Positions 18,164-27,900 are shown, numbered from the whole stretch's first letter. The stretch: DNA of 44,836 nt, filler included, from Clostridia bacterium (GCA_030637025.1; 3 parts of 3 records of this genome joined end to end with filler, not necessarily neighbours in it), one strand, 5' to 3'. Numbers and translations are program-made. The notes: generated by a model from the sequence alone, not told the origin.

Positions 18164-21100
18164 TTGAGAAAAGTAAACTTTTTATTTTTTACTTTAGTTT
18201 TTACGGTTTTTATTAATATTAGCTTTCTCTTTGCCGGAGAAGATAAGCTTTCTTTATTTTCCGAAGATGAAAATCTTTTTTTATCGGAAGAGGAATTGCC
18301 GGAAGAAACTTATAATTTTGATGATTTTTTAAAAGGAAAAGTTTTTTTGGATTTTAATAAAGAAAAATGGAACCGGATGAGAGAAAAAAAAGAAGAAGGA
18401 TATTTTTTTAGAGAAAAAGAAAGAGAAAAAGAAGAAGAGCCTTCTTTTTCCACTGAAGAACCCAAGGACGAGGGGTTAATAGAGATAGATTTTCCTTATG
18501 AGTCTCAGTTGAGCATTTCAGGGAGAAAAAAAATTAAGGTAAAAGCCGAATGGACACAATATCCTAATAAAGAAGAAAATATTACTAATTTTATTAAATC
18601 CGAAGGAACCAACATAGAAATGGATCAGGAACTACAAGTGCGCATAAAAGGGAAAGTGGGTAGAAAGGTTTCGGTTAATGTTGATTATAATGATACCCAG
18701 GAAGACAAAAGGGATATATCGGTAGTTTATAAAGGCGACCCGGGAGAAATCGTTCAGCAGGCGGCTTTCGGGGATATAACCCTTTCTTTACCTTCTACGG
18801 AATTTGTTTCTTATAATAAAAATGTTTTCGGTATTAAATTAGATGCTAAATATAAACGCTTGGGGTTAATGGCTATTGGTTCACGGACGAAAGGGTTAAC
18901 CGAAGTAAAAAGATTTAAAGGCAGTACTATTTTTGAAAAAAAAGAAATTAAAGATATAAACTATACGACAAGAAAATATTATAAATTGGAACATACTCAA
19001 ATAAAAAGAGAAACTGAAGAAATATGGATTGATTTTAAAGACGGATATGAAATTGTATCGGAGACATTAAATAAGGACATGGAGGGAAAGGTGTGGAACA
19101 GCACCACGACTTATACCGGATACTTCGATAAGCAATTTCGGGGACAGGACTATACTATTGATTATGACCAGGGGATTATTACTTTTAGAAAAAGCATTGC
19201 TTCAAATTATGTAATTATAATTGATTATGAAGATGAAAACGGGACAGAAGTAAGTAGTCTGAATAGTAATCAATATTTAATAATAAAAGATGAGGAAGAT
19301 TCTCTGCCTTACGAACTTAAAAATTACTATAATTTAGGAAGTAATAAGATTATAAAAAAGTATGAAGAAGATTTTGTTTTAAAAATTATTAATTTAGCCC
19401 GCGAAGAACAAAACTTAGCTGATTATGAAATAGATTATATTGATTATGATTTGGGAATTTTGAAATTTAAAGAAGAAGAACCGTTTTCTACGGCTGTTTA
19501 TAATAAAAATGAATCTAACCGTCAGCATCAGCATATTATTTATGTGGAATATAAATACCGGGTAAAAACATATATTTTACGACCGGATATTGTTTTAAAC
19601 AGTGAAAGAATAATAATGAATAATCAATTAATTCAAAAAGACAGAGATTATATGATTGATTATGATTCAGGCTTTGTAACTTTTTTTAATGAAGAAAAAA
19701 TAGACGAAGATACGAACATAGAAATCACTTATGAATATGCTCCTTTTGGAGGCCAGTCACAGCAGACTTTAGTAGGGAGCAGATTGCAATACGGTGTAAA
19801 TACCGACCCTTTTTTTATCGGGTCTACTGTTATCTGGAGTGGAACGGATAAACCCTCTACTGCTCCCAGTATTTATTCTACCCCTCAAAGTGTTTTAGTA
19901 CTTGATTTAGACGGCCGGGTTAAGCTGGAGAGTGAAGGGTTTCCCTTAAAGGCTACTCTATCCGGTGAAATTGCCCGCAGCCAATTTAATCCTAATTTAT
20001 TCGATAAAGCTATGATTGATAATATGGAGGGGGTGAAGCTGGTCAGCAGTATTCCTCTGGATAAGGATTTTTGGCAGTTGAGCAGTAATCCTCTTTACGA
20101 GGATACAACAGATATAAATGCGGTTACTTTAAAAGGGGCACTTATTTTTGATAATGAAGATATTAAGCGTAAAGAGATAGTAGAGAAAGTTAATCCCGGT
20201 TGGCTGGAGGAGGTAGGAGATTCCGAAGAGGTTGAGGCTCTAACTCTTAACTATAATCTAAAAAGTTTGGACGAGGAGGCTTCTATTGTTTATCCTATTT
20301 CTACTGTGGGTGCAGATTATTCTAAAAAAATGTTTTTGGAGATCTGTGTTTGGGGGGATGGAGAGGGGGAACAATTAGAAATTCATCTGGGGGGGATTAG
20401 TGAAAATGCTGATGGAAGAGGGGTTATTGGAGGGCAGCCTAAAACAGAAGATGTTGATGGGGATGGTATTTTAGGTGAAGGGGAAGATATAGGTTGGCAA
20501 TTTGTTCACCCGGATGAAAGTGTTACTTATATAGGGGCGGATAACGGGGTTATAGATACTCAGGATTTAGACGGAGATAATGTTTTAGATGATAAAAATA
20601 GTTCCGGTAATTTTTATAATCAGGTTATTGACTGGTTAGGTTGGAAAAAAATAAAAATTCCTCTTGATATTATAGATGAGGATCAATGGTCGGCAATTAA
20701 ACATATAAGGTTGAGCATAAGAAATAAGAGTATCGGAGTGAAAAACGGAACGATAAAAATTAGTGCTATTGAAATAGTGGGAACAAAATGGGATAAAGGA
20801 GTAAAGGAAGAAGGTTCTTTTGACTTAATAGCGGGGGAGTATTTAACAATAGAAGCCATAAATAACGAAGATGACCAGGAATATCAAGATATAACAGAAT
20901 ACAGTGAATATAAAAGCCTGTATCGTTATTCGGTAACTGAAAAAAGAAAAGAGCAGGCACTTGCTTTAACTTATACTTTGAACAATAGTACGGGTGCTTA
21001 TACCAAAACAACTTTTACCCGGGCACAGGATTATTCAAAATACAAAAAAATAAAATTTTTCCTGTTTGCCAATAAAGCAAATGGTTCATTACCTTTACCA

Positions 21101-23359
21101 ACTTTACCGGAGAAAGTAACTTTTTATATTCAGTTTGGAACTGATGATTCAAACTACTATGAATATGAAGAAACAATAGACTCAACAATGAACTGGGCTG
21201 ACTGGAAAGTTTGTACGATTTATTTAAATGAAGATAAAAACAAGGATAATATCCCTGATGGTTTTAGTGGGTGTGTGGGTAACCCCGGTTTGAATAATAT
21301 TATGCAGATAAAAGTAGGGGTAAGAAATGATACCGGAGCTAAGATTGAGAATGGTGAAATTTGGATAAATGAACTATTTGTAGATGAGGTGGGAAAAAAA
21401 GAAGGCATAGCCTGGAAATCAGCTATGGATTTAGAATTGCCCGGATGGTTTAATGCTCAAGTTAATCATAAGGAAATAGACGGAGATTTTGAAACGATTA
21501 CTACCGGCAGTTCTCAGCAGGATTTAATTAGTACCCGCAGTCTTACCGGCGGGCAGGAAATAAAGTTAGAATCTGCTAGTCTTGAATTTACCCGTTTTAA
21601 ATTTTTGCCTCTTTCTTTCCAGGGTAATCATCAGAAAACAGTAACCCCTTCAGCCTATGATACTCCTTATAGCAGTTATGATGAGGGGAAGGTAGAAAGT
21701 ATATCCGGAGAAGGTAATGCCCGGTTAGTGATACCACGCTGGCCTAGCTTAGAAGTTAGCTATGCTGAAGACCACTCCGAATCTAAAATTCTTGAGGAAA
21801 AAAAGGATACTATAACCCAAAAGGGTTCTTTAGCCTATAACATTCCGGGGAAATATTCTCTTTTGACACCTAAAAAATGGGAAATTAATTTATTGCCTAC
21901 AACAATAGACATTTCTTATCGGCAAAAGAAGTATGTAGTTACAAAAACAACTTCTACTACGGTTGATTTTAATGGTTATAGTGATTTGACTGAAAATTTT
22001 TCGGGAAGGCTGCCTTTTAAATTCTGGAAAGGTTTTTATTTTTCCCCTGTTTATTACCTGGAAATAATTAGAGCCAGGGAGCGGGAAACGGACATCTCTA
22101 ATAAAAATTATAAGGATAAATACCGGGCTCAAACAGTTAGTTTTGATTCCGGTTTAAAAGTTTTTTCCTGGTTAAATCCATCTTTTAATTATAAAATAAA
22201 CTCTTCGGCATCTTATGATTTCAATGAAAATAAAATAGAATCAATAACCCGTAATAGTAATGGGCAGTTAAGTTATTCCTTAAGGTTTGAAAATCTTTTT
22301 CCAAAACTAAAACCTTTGCATTCTTTAACTACGGATAATAGCTATAAGGTAGAAACAGGAGATTCCTATGATGTGGGAGACGAAGATGAAGAAAAAGCGA
22401 AAGCAAGAAATATCTGGAGTAGATGGGAAGGATTATGGTTGTTTGATCAAGGGGATAAATTAAACCTTGAGGATATAACCACCAGGAGTTTTTCTAATCG
22501 ACAGACCGGGAAAACCACCAATCGCTGGAAGCCGTTTAGTTTCCTGGATTTGGATATGAATAAGTCTTTTTATCCTTTAAAAAATATGGAGACTAGAGTT
22601 AATTATACTGAGATTAATGATTATAAGGAAGTTGGTGCTAATAACGGGCTGAAAATATTTACTAAAATCTGGCCTGATTTAATTATGGATATCGGAGAGA
22701 TAGAGAAGTTTTTTAATTTAAACACTAAAGTTATTACTAATTCTAAAGTTTCTATTAAATATTCGCAGAAAACAGTGGAAACAGAAGCTGTTTCTAAGCT
22801 TGATACCCAAACTTACGGGGGGCATTGCAGGTTGGATATCCTTACTGATTATTCGGTAGTTTTTGATTATGAGGGGAGATATAATAAAACCAGAAAGGTT
22901 CCTGATTACAATAATTTAAGCAGGCACGGATTTACAAAAAAGGGAAGTATACAGGTAGAATTTTTTTGGAAAAAATGGCGTTTTGTTCCCAACTATGAAT
23001 ATAGAGCAGAAGAAGAAAATGAAGAAGGAACAAAAACAAAATGGGTAGTTACCCGTTCTCCCAGTTTAAGAATTCGTGCAGATATTACGGCTAAGGACTT
23101 CATAATTCCTATTATTAAGTTGCCTTTAAAGAACAGGTTATTAATGGATACCCTTATTAAATACGAAAGGAAAAGTGGTATTCAGGATAAAAAGGATAAT
23201 ACCGATACTTATTCTTTGGATGTCGATTGTACTTATGATACCAGTGAAAATTTAAAAATTACTTTAGGTGTAGGAGGAAGTTTTTTTAGAAACAGAAAGG
23301 AAAAAAAAGATAATTATTGGAGTATAAGTTTATTGGCTGATTTATCGATTGTATTTTAA
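18164..23359 (+). CDS. sprA: Large outer-membrane beta-barrel protein, SprA-like (T9SS translocon homologue)
   Basis: Signal peptide; MDQELQVRIKGKVG.KVSVNVDYN..ISVVYKGD..EIVQ....GDITLSLPS.EF.....FGIK resembles the SprA N-terminal region; repeated DY.IDYD.G motifs; TEDVDGDG/TQDLDGD; IWINEL; amphipathic beta-strand C-terminus ending in Phe. Confidence 0.72.
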   Translation: MRKVNFLFFTLVFTVFINISFLFAGEDKLSLFSEDENLFLSEEELPEETYNFDDFLKGKVFLDFNKEKWNRMREKKEEGYFFREKEREKEEEPSFSTEEPKDEGLIEIDFPYESQLSISGRKKIKVKAEWTQYPNKEENITNFIKSEGTNIEMDQELQVRIKGKVGRKVSVNVDYNDTQEDKRDISVVYKGDPGEIVQQAAFGDITLSLPSTEFVSYNKNVFGIKLDAKYKRLGLMAIGSRTKGLTEVKRFKGSTIFEKKEIKDINYTTRKYYKLEHTQIKRETEEIWIDFKDGYEIVSETLNKDMEGKVWNSTTTYTGYFDKQFRGQDYTIDYDQGIITFRKSIASNYVIIIDYEDENGTEVSSLNSNQYLIIKDEEDSLPYELKNYYNLGSNKIIKKYEEDFVLKIINLAREEQNLADYEIDYIDYDLGILKFKEEEPFSTAVYNKNESNRQHQHIIYVEYKYRVKTYILRPDIVLNSERIIMNNQLIQKDRDYMIDYDSGFVTFFNEEKIDEDTNIEITYEYAPFGGQSQQTLVGSRLQYGVNTDPFFIGSTVIWSGTDKPSTAPSIYSTPQSVLVLDLDGRVKLESEGFPLKATLSGEIARSQFNPNLFDKAMIDNMEGVKLVSSIPLDKDFWQLSSNPLYEDTTDINAVTLKGALIFDNEDIKRKEIVEKVNPGWLEEVGDSEEVEALTLNYNLKSLDEEASIVYPISTVGADYSKKMFLEICVWGDGEGEQLEIHLGGISENADGRGVIGGQPKTEDVDGDGILGEGEDIGWQFVHPDESVTYIGADNGVIDTQDLDGDNVLDDKNSSGNFYNQVIDWLGWKKIKIPLDIIDEDQWSAIKHIRLSIRNKSIGVKNGTIKISAIEIVGTKWDKGVKEEGSFDLIAGEYLTIEAINNEDDQEYQDITEYSEYKSLYRYSVTEKRKEQALALTYTLNNSTGAYTKTTFTRAQDYSKYKKIKFFLFANKANGSLPLPTLPEKVTFYIQFGTDDSNYYEYEETIDSTMNWADWKVCTIYLNEDKNKDNIPDGFSGCVGNPGLNNIMQIKVGVRNDTGAKIENGEIWINELFVDEVGKKEGIAWKSAMDLELPGWFNAQVNHKEIDGDFETITTGSSQQDLISTRSLTGGQEIKLESASLEFTRFKFLPLSFQGNHQKTVTPSAYDTPYSSYDEGKVESISGEGNARLVIPRWPSLEVSYAEDHSESKILEEKKDTITQKGSLAYNIPGKYSLLTPKKWEINLLPTTIDISYRQKKYVVTKTTSTTVDFNGYSDLTENFSGRLPFKFWKGFYFSPVYYLEIIRARERETDISNKNYKDKYRAQTVSFDSGLKVFSWLNPSFNYKINSSASYDFNENKIESITRNSNGQLSYSLRFENLFPKLKPLHSLTTDNSYKVETGDSYDVGDEDEEKAKARNIWSRWEGLWLFDQGDKLNLEDITTRSFSNRQTGKTTNRWKPFSFLDLDMNKSFYPLKNMETRVNYTEINDYKEVGANNGLKIFTKIWPDLIMDIGEIEKFFNLNTKVITNSKVSIKYSQKTVETEAVSKLDTQTYGGHCRLDILTDYSVVFDYEGRYNKTRKVPDYNNLSRHGFTKKGSIQVEFFWKKWRFVPNYEYRAEEENEEGTKTKWVVTRSPSLRIRADITAKDFIIPIIKLPLKNRLLMDTLIKYERKSGIQDKKDNTDTYSLDVDCTYDTSENLKITLGVGGSFFRNRKEKKDNYWSISLLADLSIVF

Positions 23360-23376
23360 ATGGACAGGAGGAATTT

Positions 23377-23916
23377 ATGAAAAGGTGTTATTATTGTTTT
23401 TTATCTGGTTTGATTATTTTTGTTTTTGGATGTGCTCATACCCCGGGTTCTTCCGATTTACCGCAACACGTTAGAAGAATTAGTGTTCAGCATTTTATGG
23501 ATCAAACAGGACATTCGATAGTAAGCAGAAAATTAACTGAACAGGTAGTTAAAGAGTTTTTATATGATAAAAGGATGGCAGTAGTTAATCCTGAGTCAGC
23601 GGATGCATTATTACTTGGAAAAATTACTAAATATATTTTAGAACCACTTTCTTTTGATGAAAGCTATATTCCTGAAGAATATAAATTGTGGATTTGGGTG
23701 GATATTGGGTTTAAGGATATGGTCAGCAATAAAATACTCTGGGTAGAAAAAAGAATGGCAGCGGAAGTAAGGTATTTTGTTACTCCCCGAAAAGGAGGTA
23801 ATTTTCTTACAGAAGAAGAAGCTCAGGAGATAGTGATAAAATTATTAGCTGAGGATATAGTTAAAAGAACTATAGACGGATGGTTTGCTGCTTCGGGAAT
23901 AAGTGAAAAAAAATGA
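23377..23916 (+). CDS. lptE: LptE-family lipoprotein
   Basis: Lipobox VFGC; LP.HVRRISV..F.DQT, LTEQV..EF, ADALL.G.I..Y and LAEDIV pattern of LptE-like proteins. Confidence 0.7.
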   Translation: MKRCYYCFLSGLIIFVFGCAHTPGSSDLPQHVRRISVQHFMDQTGHSIVSRKLTEQVVKEFLYDKRMAVVNPESADALLLGKITKYILEPLSFDESYIPEEYKLWIWVDIGFKDMVSNKILWVEKRMAAEVRYFVTPRKGGNFLTEEEAQEIVIKLLAEDIVKRTIDGWFAASGISEKK

Positions 23917-24626
23917 GAGAAAAATTAAAAAAAATTTCAAATTATTGCTTAAATCTTTTTTTCCCTCTAAATTGTGCAGGATGTGGAAAAGACTTAATCA
24001 ATGAGAAAGGGATTTGCCGGGAGTGTTTAGGGAAAATTAAATATGTAAAAGAACCGTATTGTTATAAGTGCGGCAGTAATAAAGAAGTTGGGTTTTTGTG
24101 TAATAAGTGCCGTAATATAAAATACTATTTTCAGAGAATATATATTTGTTCTTTGTATGAAGGAATTTTGAGAAAATGTATTCATTCTTTTAAATATAAA
24201 GAAAAGACAATTTTACAACAACCTCTGGGTAACTTATTAGTTACTTATATAAGTAAAAAAATAGATTTAGAGGAAATTGATTGCTTAGTACCGGTTCCTT
24301 TATTTAAATCCCAGAAAAAAAGAAGAGGATTTAATCAGGTTAATTTATTAACCAAAAAAATTGAAAAGCATTTTGCTAAACCGCAAATAATAAATAATTT
24401 AATTAGAATAAGAAAGACTGTTCCTCAATTTGACTTGAACAGAAAACAAAGAAGAGAAAATGTTAAAGATGCTTTTGAAGTTAAAAACCCGCAATTATTT
24501 AAAGGGCGTAGGATTCTTTTAGTAGATGATGTTTGTACTACAGGTGCCACTTTAAATGAGTGTGCACGTGTGCTTGACCAATGTCAGGTGGAAAAAATAT
24601 TTTGTTTAGCACTGGCACATGGGTAG
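23913..24626 (+). CDS. comF: ComF-family protein (double zinc ribbon plus phosphoribosyltransferase)
   Basis: Four CxxC motifs; VPVPL...RRGFNQ; LLVDDVCTTGATL. Confidence 0.93.
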   Translation: MREKLKKISNYCLNLFFPLNCAGCGKDLINEKGICRECLGKIKYVKEPYCYKCGSNKEVGFLCNKCRNIKYYFQRIYICSLYEGILRKCIHSFKYKEKTILQQPLGNLLVTYISKKIDLEEIDCLVPVPLFKSQKKRRGFNQVNLLTKKIEKHFAKPQIINNLIRIRKTVPQFDLNRKQRRENVKDAFEVKNPQLFKGRRILLVDDVCTTGATLNECARVLDQCQVEKIFCLALAHG

Positions 24627-24636
24627 GAGGGGGGGG

Positions 24637-25235
24637 GAACAAAGGTAAAATATGTTTCTCTCTGGACGCATAATTTTACCCTGCGGGCACGCAAAAACAA
24701 GCTAAAAATAAGCAACTCGCTTTGCTCAGACATGCTCATTTTTTTAACGCTAATTTTTGCTAAAATTTGCTATATCGTTCGAAACACATTTTACCTTTAT
24801 TCTAGAGATTAAGAAGGGGGGGGAACAAAGGTAAAATATGTTTCTCTCTGGACGCATAATTTTACCCTGCGGGCACGCAAAAACAAGCTAAAAATAAGCA
24901 ACTTGCTTTGCTCAGACAGGCTCATTTTTTTAACGTTAATTTTTGCTAAAATTTGCTAAGTCGTTCAAAACACATTTAGCCTTTATTCTAAAAAGTAAGG
25001 GGAAAGAAGGATAGGCAAAATATGCTTTTCTCTAAACGCATAATTTTACCCTGCGGGCACGCAAAAAAAAATAGTCCATAGACAACGGAGAAAAGACAAC
25101 AGATGGGAGTTAATGTAGGGGCGACCCTTGGTCGCCCGAAAGACTCAAAGGGTGGGCACTTGTCCGCCTAAGGAGGAAGCCTACCCCTACGCGAAAAATT
25201 TGCTAGGGCGTTCAAAACATATTTTACCTTTATTC
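24637..25235. repeat. Three tandem long-hairpin (MITE-like) units, period about 186 bp
   Basis: Units at 24637-24802, 24823-24988 and 25009-25235, bounded by GAACAAAGGTAAAATATGTTT / AAACACATTTTACCTTTATTC-like inverted ends. The third unit carries a REP doublet at 25115-25190. Confidence 0.9.
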
Positions 25236-25286
25236 TTAGATGATATAAGGTAAAAAGTTAGTAAAAATTAAATTAAGTTTGGGGGA

Positions 25287-27482
25287 GTGATGGAGAAAAA
25301 GAAAGTATTTATCTGGAAAACGGTTGCTATCGTTTTATTTTCTTGCTTAATTATTTTTTATGTTTCCGGAATTAGTTTGGTTAGAAAATATTTGAAGGAA
25401 TTACCTCCTTTAAAAACGTTAGAACAGTATCAACCGAATTTAACCACAAAAATTTATGATATAGAAGGAAGATTAATTCGTGAATTATTTACCGAAAGGA
25501 GGACCACGGTAACGCTTTCCGAGATACCGGTGGATTTACAAAATGCCATTATTGCTATTGAAGATACTCATTTTTTTAAACATTGGGGTGTATATCTGCC
25601 TCGTATTATAAGTGCGATGTTTTTTAATATAAAAGCCGGGCATATAGTACAGGGCGGGAGTACTATTACTCAACAGTTAGCTAAAGTCTGTTTCCTAACC
25701 CGAGAACGAACTATGCAAAGAAAAATGAAAGAATTTCTGTTTGCTTTGGTATTGGAACACAAATATACTAAAGAAGAAATATTACAGATGTATTTAAATC
25801 AAATTTATTTTGGATATGGTGCTTATGGGGTAGAATCAGCAGCCCGGATTTATTTTGGTAAACATATCCAGGATTTAAATTTGCCTGAATGTGCTTTATT
25901 GGCAGGACTTCCCCGGGCACCTAACAGATATTCTCCTTTTAAATCACTGGAACTGGCAACAAGACGTAGGTCTATAGTTTTGTATCGTATGGAAAAATTA
26001 GGTTTTATTACAGAAGAAGAAAAAATGAGGGCTAATGAACATTTAATAAATACTGAAAAAAAATTAAAAGCAGAAAGGCATGCTTCTTATTTTATTGAGT
26101 ACATTCGGCAACAATTAGAACCTAAATACGGTTATAATGTTTTATATAAAGGCGGCTTAAATATCTTTACTACCCTGGATTTAGAAATGCAGAAGAAAGC
26201 GGAAGAAATATTGGAAAAAGCCCTTTCCGCTTTTGATGAGAAAAAAAAGAATGAAATTGAAAAAGAAGGTAAGCAAGAGGGGGAATTAGCAGAAGAAAGA
26301 GAAGAGATGGAAGGGACGGAAGAAATTCCTCCTGTTCAGGGGGCTCTTTTAGCCATAGAACCTCAAACAGGGCAGATTAGAACAATGGTAGGGGGGAGAG
26401 ATTTTTATAAAAGTCAATTTAATCGTGCTGTTCAGGCTAAGCGGCAGCCTGGTTCAGCGTTTAAACCAATTATTTATACAGCAGCAATTGATAGTGGCTA
26501 TACCGCTGCAAGTATTATAGAAGACCTTCCTTTAACCTTTCAAAATGACGGGGAAAAATGGGTTCTATTAGGAAATACGACTGATTTTTTTACTTTACAG
26601 ATAGATACTACTACTATTCCGGCAGAGGATTCTTTGGAAATGAAGGGTAAAATATGGCAGCCGGGAAATTGGGATAATAAATGTATTGGCCCGATTACTT
26701 TGCGTAAAGCTTTGTCTCATTCCAGGAATACCTGTGCTATTAGACTTATATATGCCTTAAGTCCCAGAACAGTAATTAAATATGCTCGCAAACTGGGTGT
26801 AGATAAAAACTTTCTGGGAGACAATCTTTCACTTGCATTAGGAACTTCTGTAATTACAATGATGGAATTAACCCATGCTTTGAGTACTATCGCTAACGGA
26901 GGAATTAAAACGAAACCGTATGCAATTATCGAAATAAGAAATAAGCAGGGGACTATTTTAGAAAGCAATATTCCTCAGGAAACAGAGGTGCTTTCTGCTC
27001 AAACGGCTTATTTGGTAATTAATTTGCTAAAAGGGGTAATTAAGAATGGAACAGGTTGGAGGGCAAAAAAGTTACGTCGGCCGGCAGCAGGAAAAACAGG
27101 TACTACCCAGTTTTTAAATGATTTATGGTTTGCAGGATTTACTCCTCAATTGGTTGCTGCTGTATGGGTGGGTTATGATGATCATCGTTCGTTGAGTAAA
27201 AAAATAAGCAGTTCAGCAATGGTTGTACCTATCTGGACGGATTTTATGATTGAAGCTTTAAAAGATAAACCCGCTTTAAAATTTTCTATACCGGAAGGAA
27301 TTGTTTTTGAAAAAATTAATAAAGAAAACGGTCTTTTAACCTTAAAAGATGATAAAAATGCTATTTATGAAGTATTTTTAAAGGGGACAGAACCTACTAC
27401 TTATGATTTTACCCTTAATATTCCTTCTTTACATCTGGAGGATTTATCTTCAACAGAAACTCCTATAATGATAGAAGAATAA
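25287..27482 (+). CDS. mrcA: Penicillin-binding protein 1A (bifunctional transglycosylase/transpeptidase)
   Basis: EDTHF, GGSTITQQL, RKMKE, YLNQIYFG; transpeptidase motifs SAFK, SRN and KTGT. Confidence 0.93.
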   Translation: MMEKKKVFIWKTVAIVLFSCLIIFYVSGISLVRKYLKELPPLKTLEQYQPNLTTKIYDIEGRLIRELFTERRTTVTLSEIPVDLQNAIIAIEDTHFFKHWGVYLPRIISAMFFNIKAGHIVQGGSTITQQLAKVCFLTRERTMQRKMKEFLFALVLEHKYTKEEILQMYLNQIYFGYGAYGVESAARIYFGKHIQDLNLPECALLAGLPRAPNRYSPFKSLELATRRRSIVLYRMEKLGFITEEEKMRANEHLINTEKKLKAERHASYFIEYIRQQLEPKYGYNVLYKGGLNIFTTLDLEMQKKAEEILEKALSAFDEKKKNEIEKEGKQEGELAEEREEMEGTEEIPPVQGALLAIEPQTGQIRTMVGGRDFYKSQFNRAVQAKRQPGSAFKPIIYTAAIDSGYTAASIIEDLPLTFQNDGEKWVLLGNTTDFFTLQIDTTTIPAEDSLEMKGKIWQPGNWDNKCIGPITLRKALSHSRNTCAIRLIYALSPRTVIKYARKLGVDKNFLGDNLSLALGTSVITMMELTHALSTIANGGIKTKPYAIIEIRNKQGTILESNIPQETEVLSAQTAYLVINLLKGVIKNGTGWRAKKLRRPAAGKTGTTQFLNDLWFAGFTPQLVAAVWVGYDDHRSLSKKISSSAMVVPIWTDFMIEALKDKPALKFSIPEGIVFEKINKENGLLTLKDDKNAIYEVFLKGTEPTTYDFTLNIPSLHLEDLSSTETPIMIEE

Positions 27483-27656
27483 TTTAAAGAAACTACATAG
27501 TATAGAGACAGGGATTCGGTGATCTCCTGTGTCCATTAGGCGGATTAGGGACAAACTTCATCAAGAAATGGGGCTGGTGGGGTTAGCTAAATTAGTTCTC
27601 CTGATTTGCTCAAGAAAAAAAATATTATTAAGAGGGAAATAAAGAATAAAAAAATC

Positions 27657-27685
27657 TTGACAAAGCAACAAAAGTGTGTTATCTT
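27657..27685 (+). promoter_or_regulatory. Sigma70 promoter upstream of riboswitch 1
   Basis: TTGACA-17 nt-TATCTT with an extended -10 TG. Confidence 0.65.
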
Positions 27686-27779
27686 TAAAATAGTAGAAGT
27701 ATGTTAAATTTGTAATTAAGGGTTTTTTTATTTAGTTTCGAAAAAAGTAGAGTTAGACAATTTTTTCTTATAAGTAACA

Positions 27780-27865
27780 AGGGCGAAAGGGTAAACCATC
27801 TGTAAAGGTGGGACACAAAGCCACGGGGCTGAAGTCAAAGTAAAAGTTAGCCGGGCTACCGAAGG
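27780..27865 (+). ncRNA. c-di-GMP-I (GEMM-I) riboswitch aptamer
   Basis: CGAAAGGGTAAACCATCT-GTAA-AGGTGGGACACAAAGCCACGGG...TAGCCGGGCTACCGAA matches the class-I consensus, with a GNRA loop, a compensatory U22-A45 pair, and G20/A47/C92 equivalents intact. Confidence 0.9.
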
Positions 27866-27900
27866 AATTAGTTTCTAAAAGGTAGGGCGGTTTTTTGTTT
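27851..27900 (+). terminator. Riboswitch-controlled intrinsic terminator
   Basis: CCGGGCTACC...GGTAGGGCGG-TTTTTTGTTT; the 5' arm overlaps the aptamer 3' strand. Confidence 0.7.

Noticed and set aside
24637-25235. Possible CRISPR array or integron attC array
   Set aside because: Repeats are ~166 bp with only ~20-nt spacers. There are no cas or integrase genes, no cassette ORFs and no clear RYYYAAC/GTTRRRY boxes.
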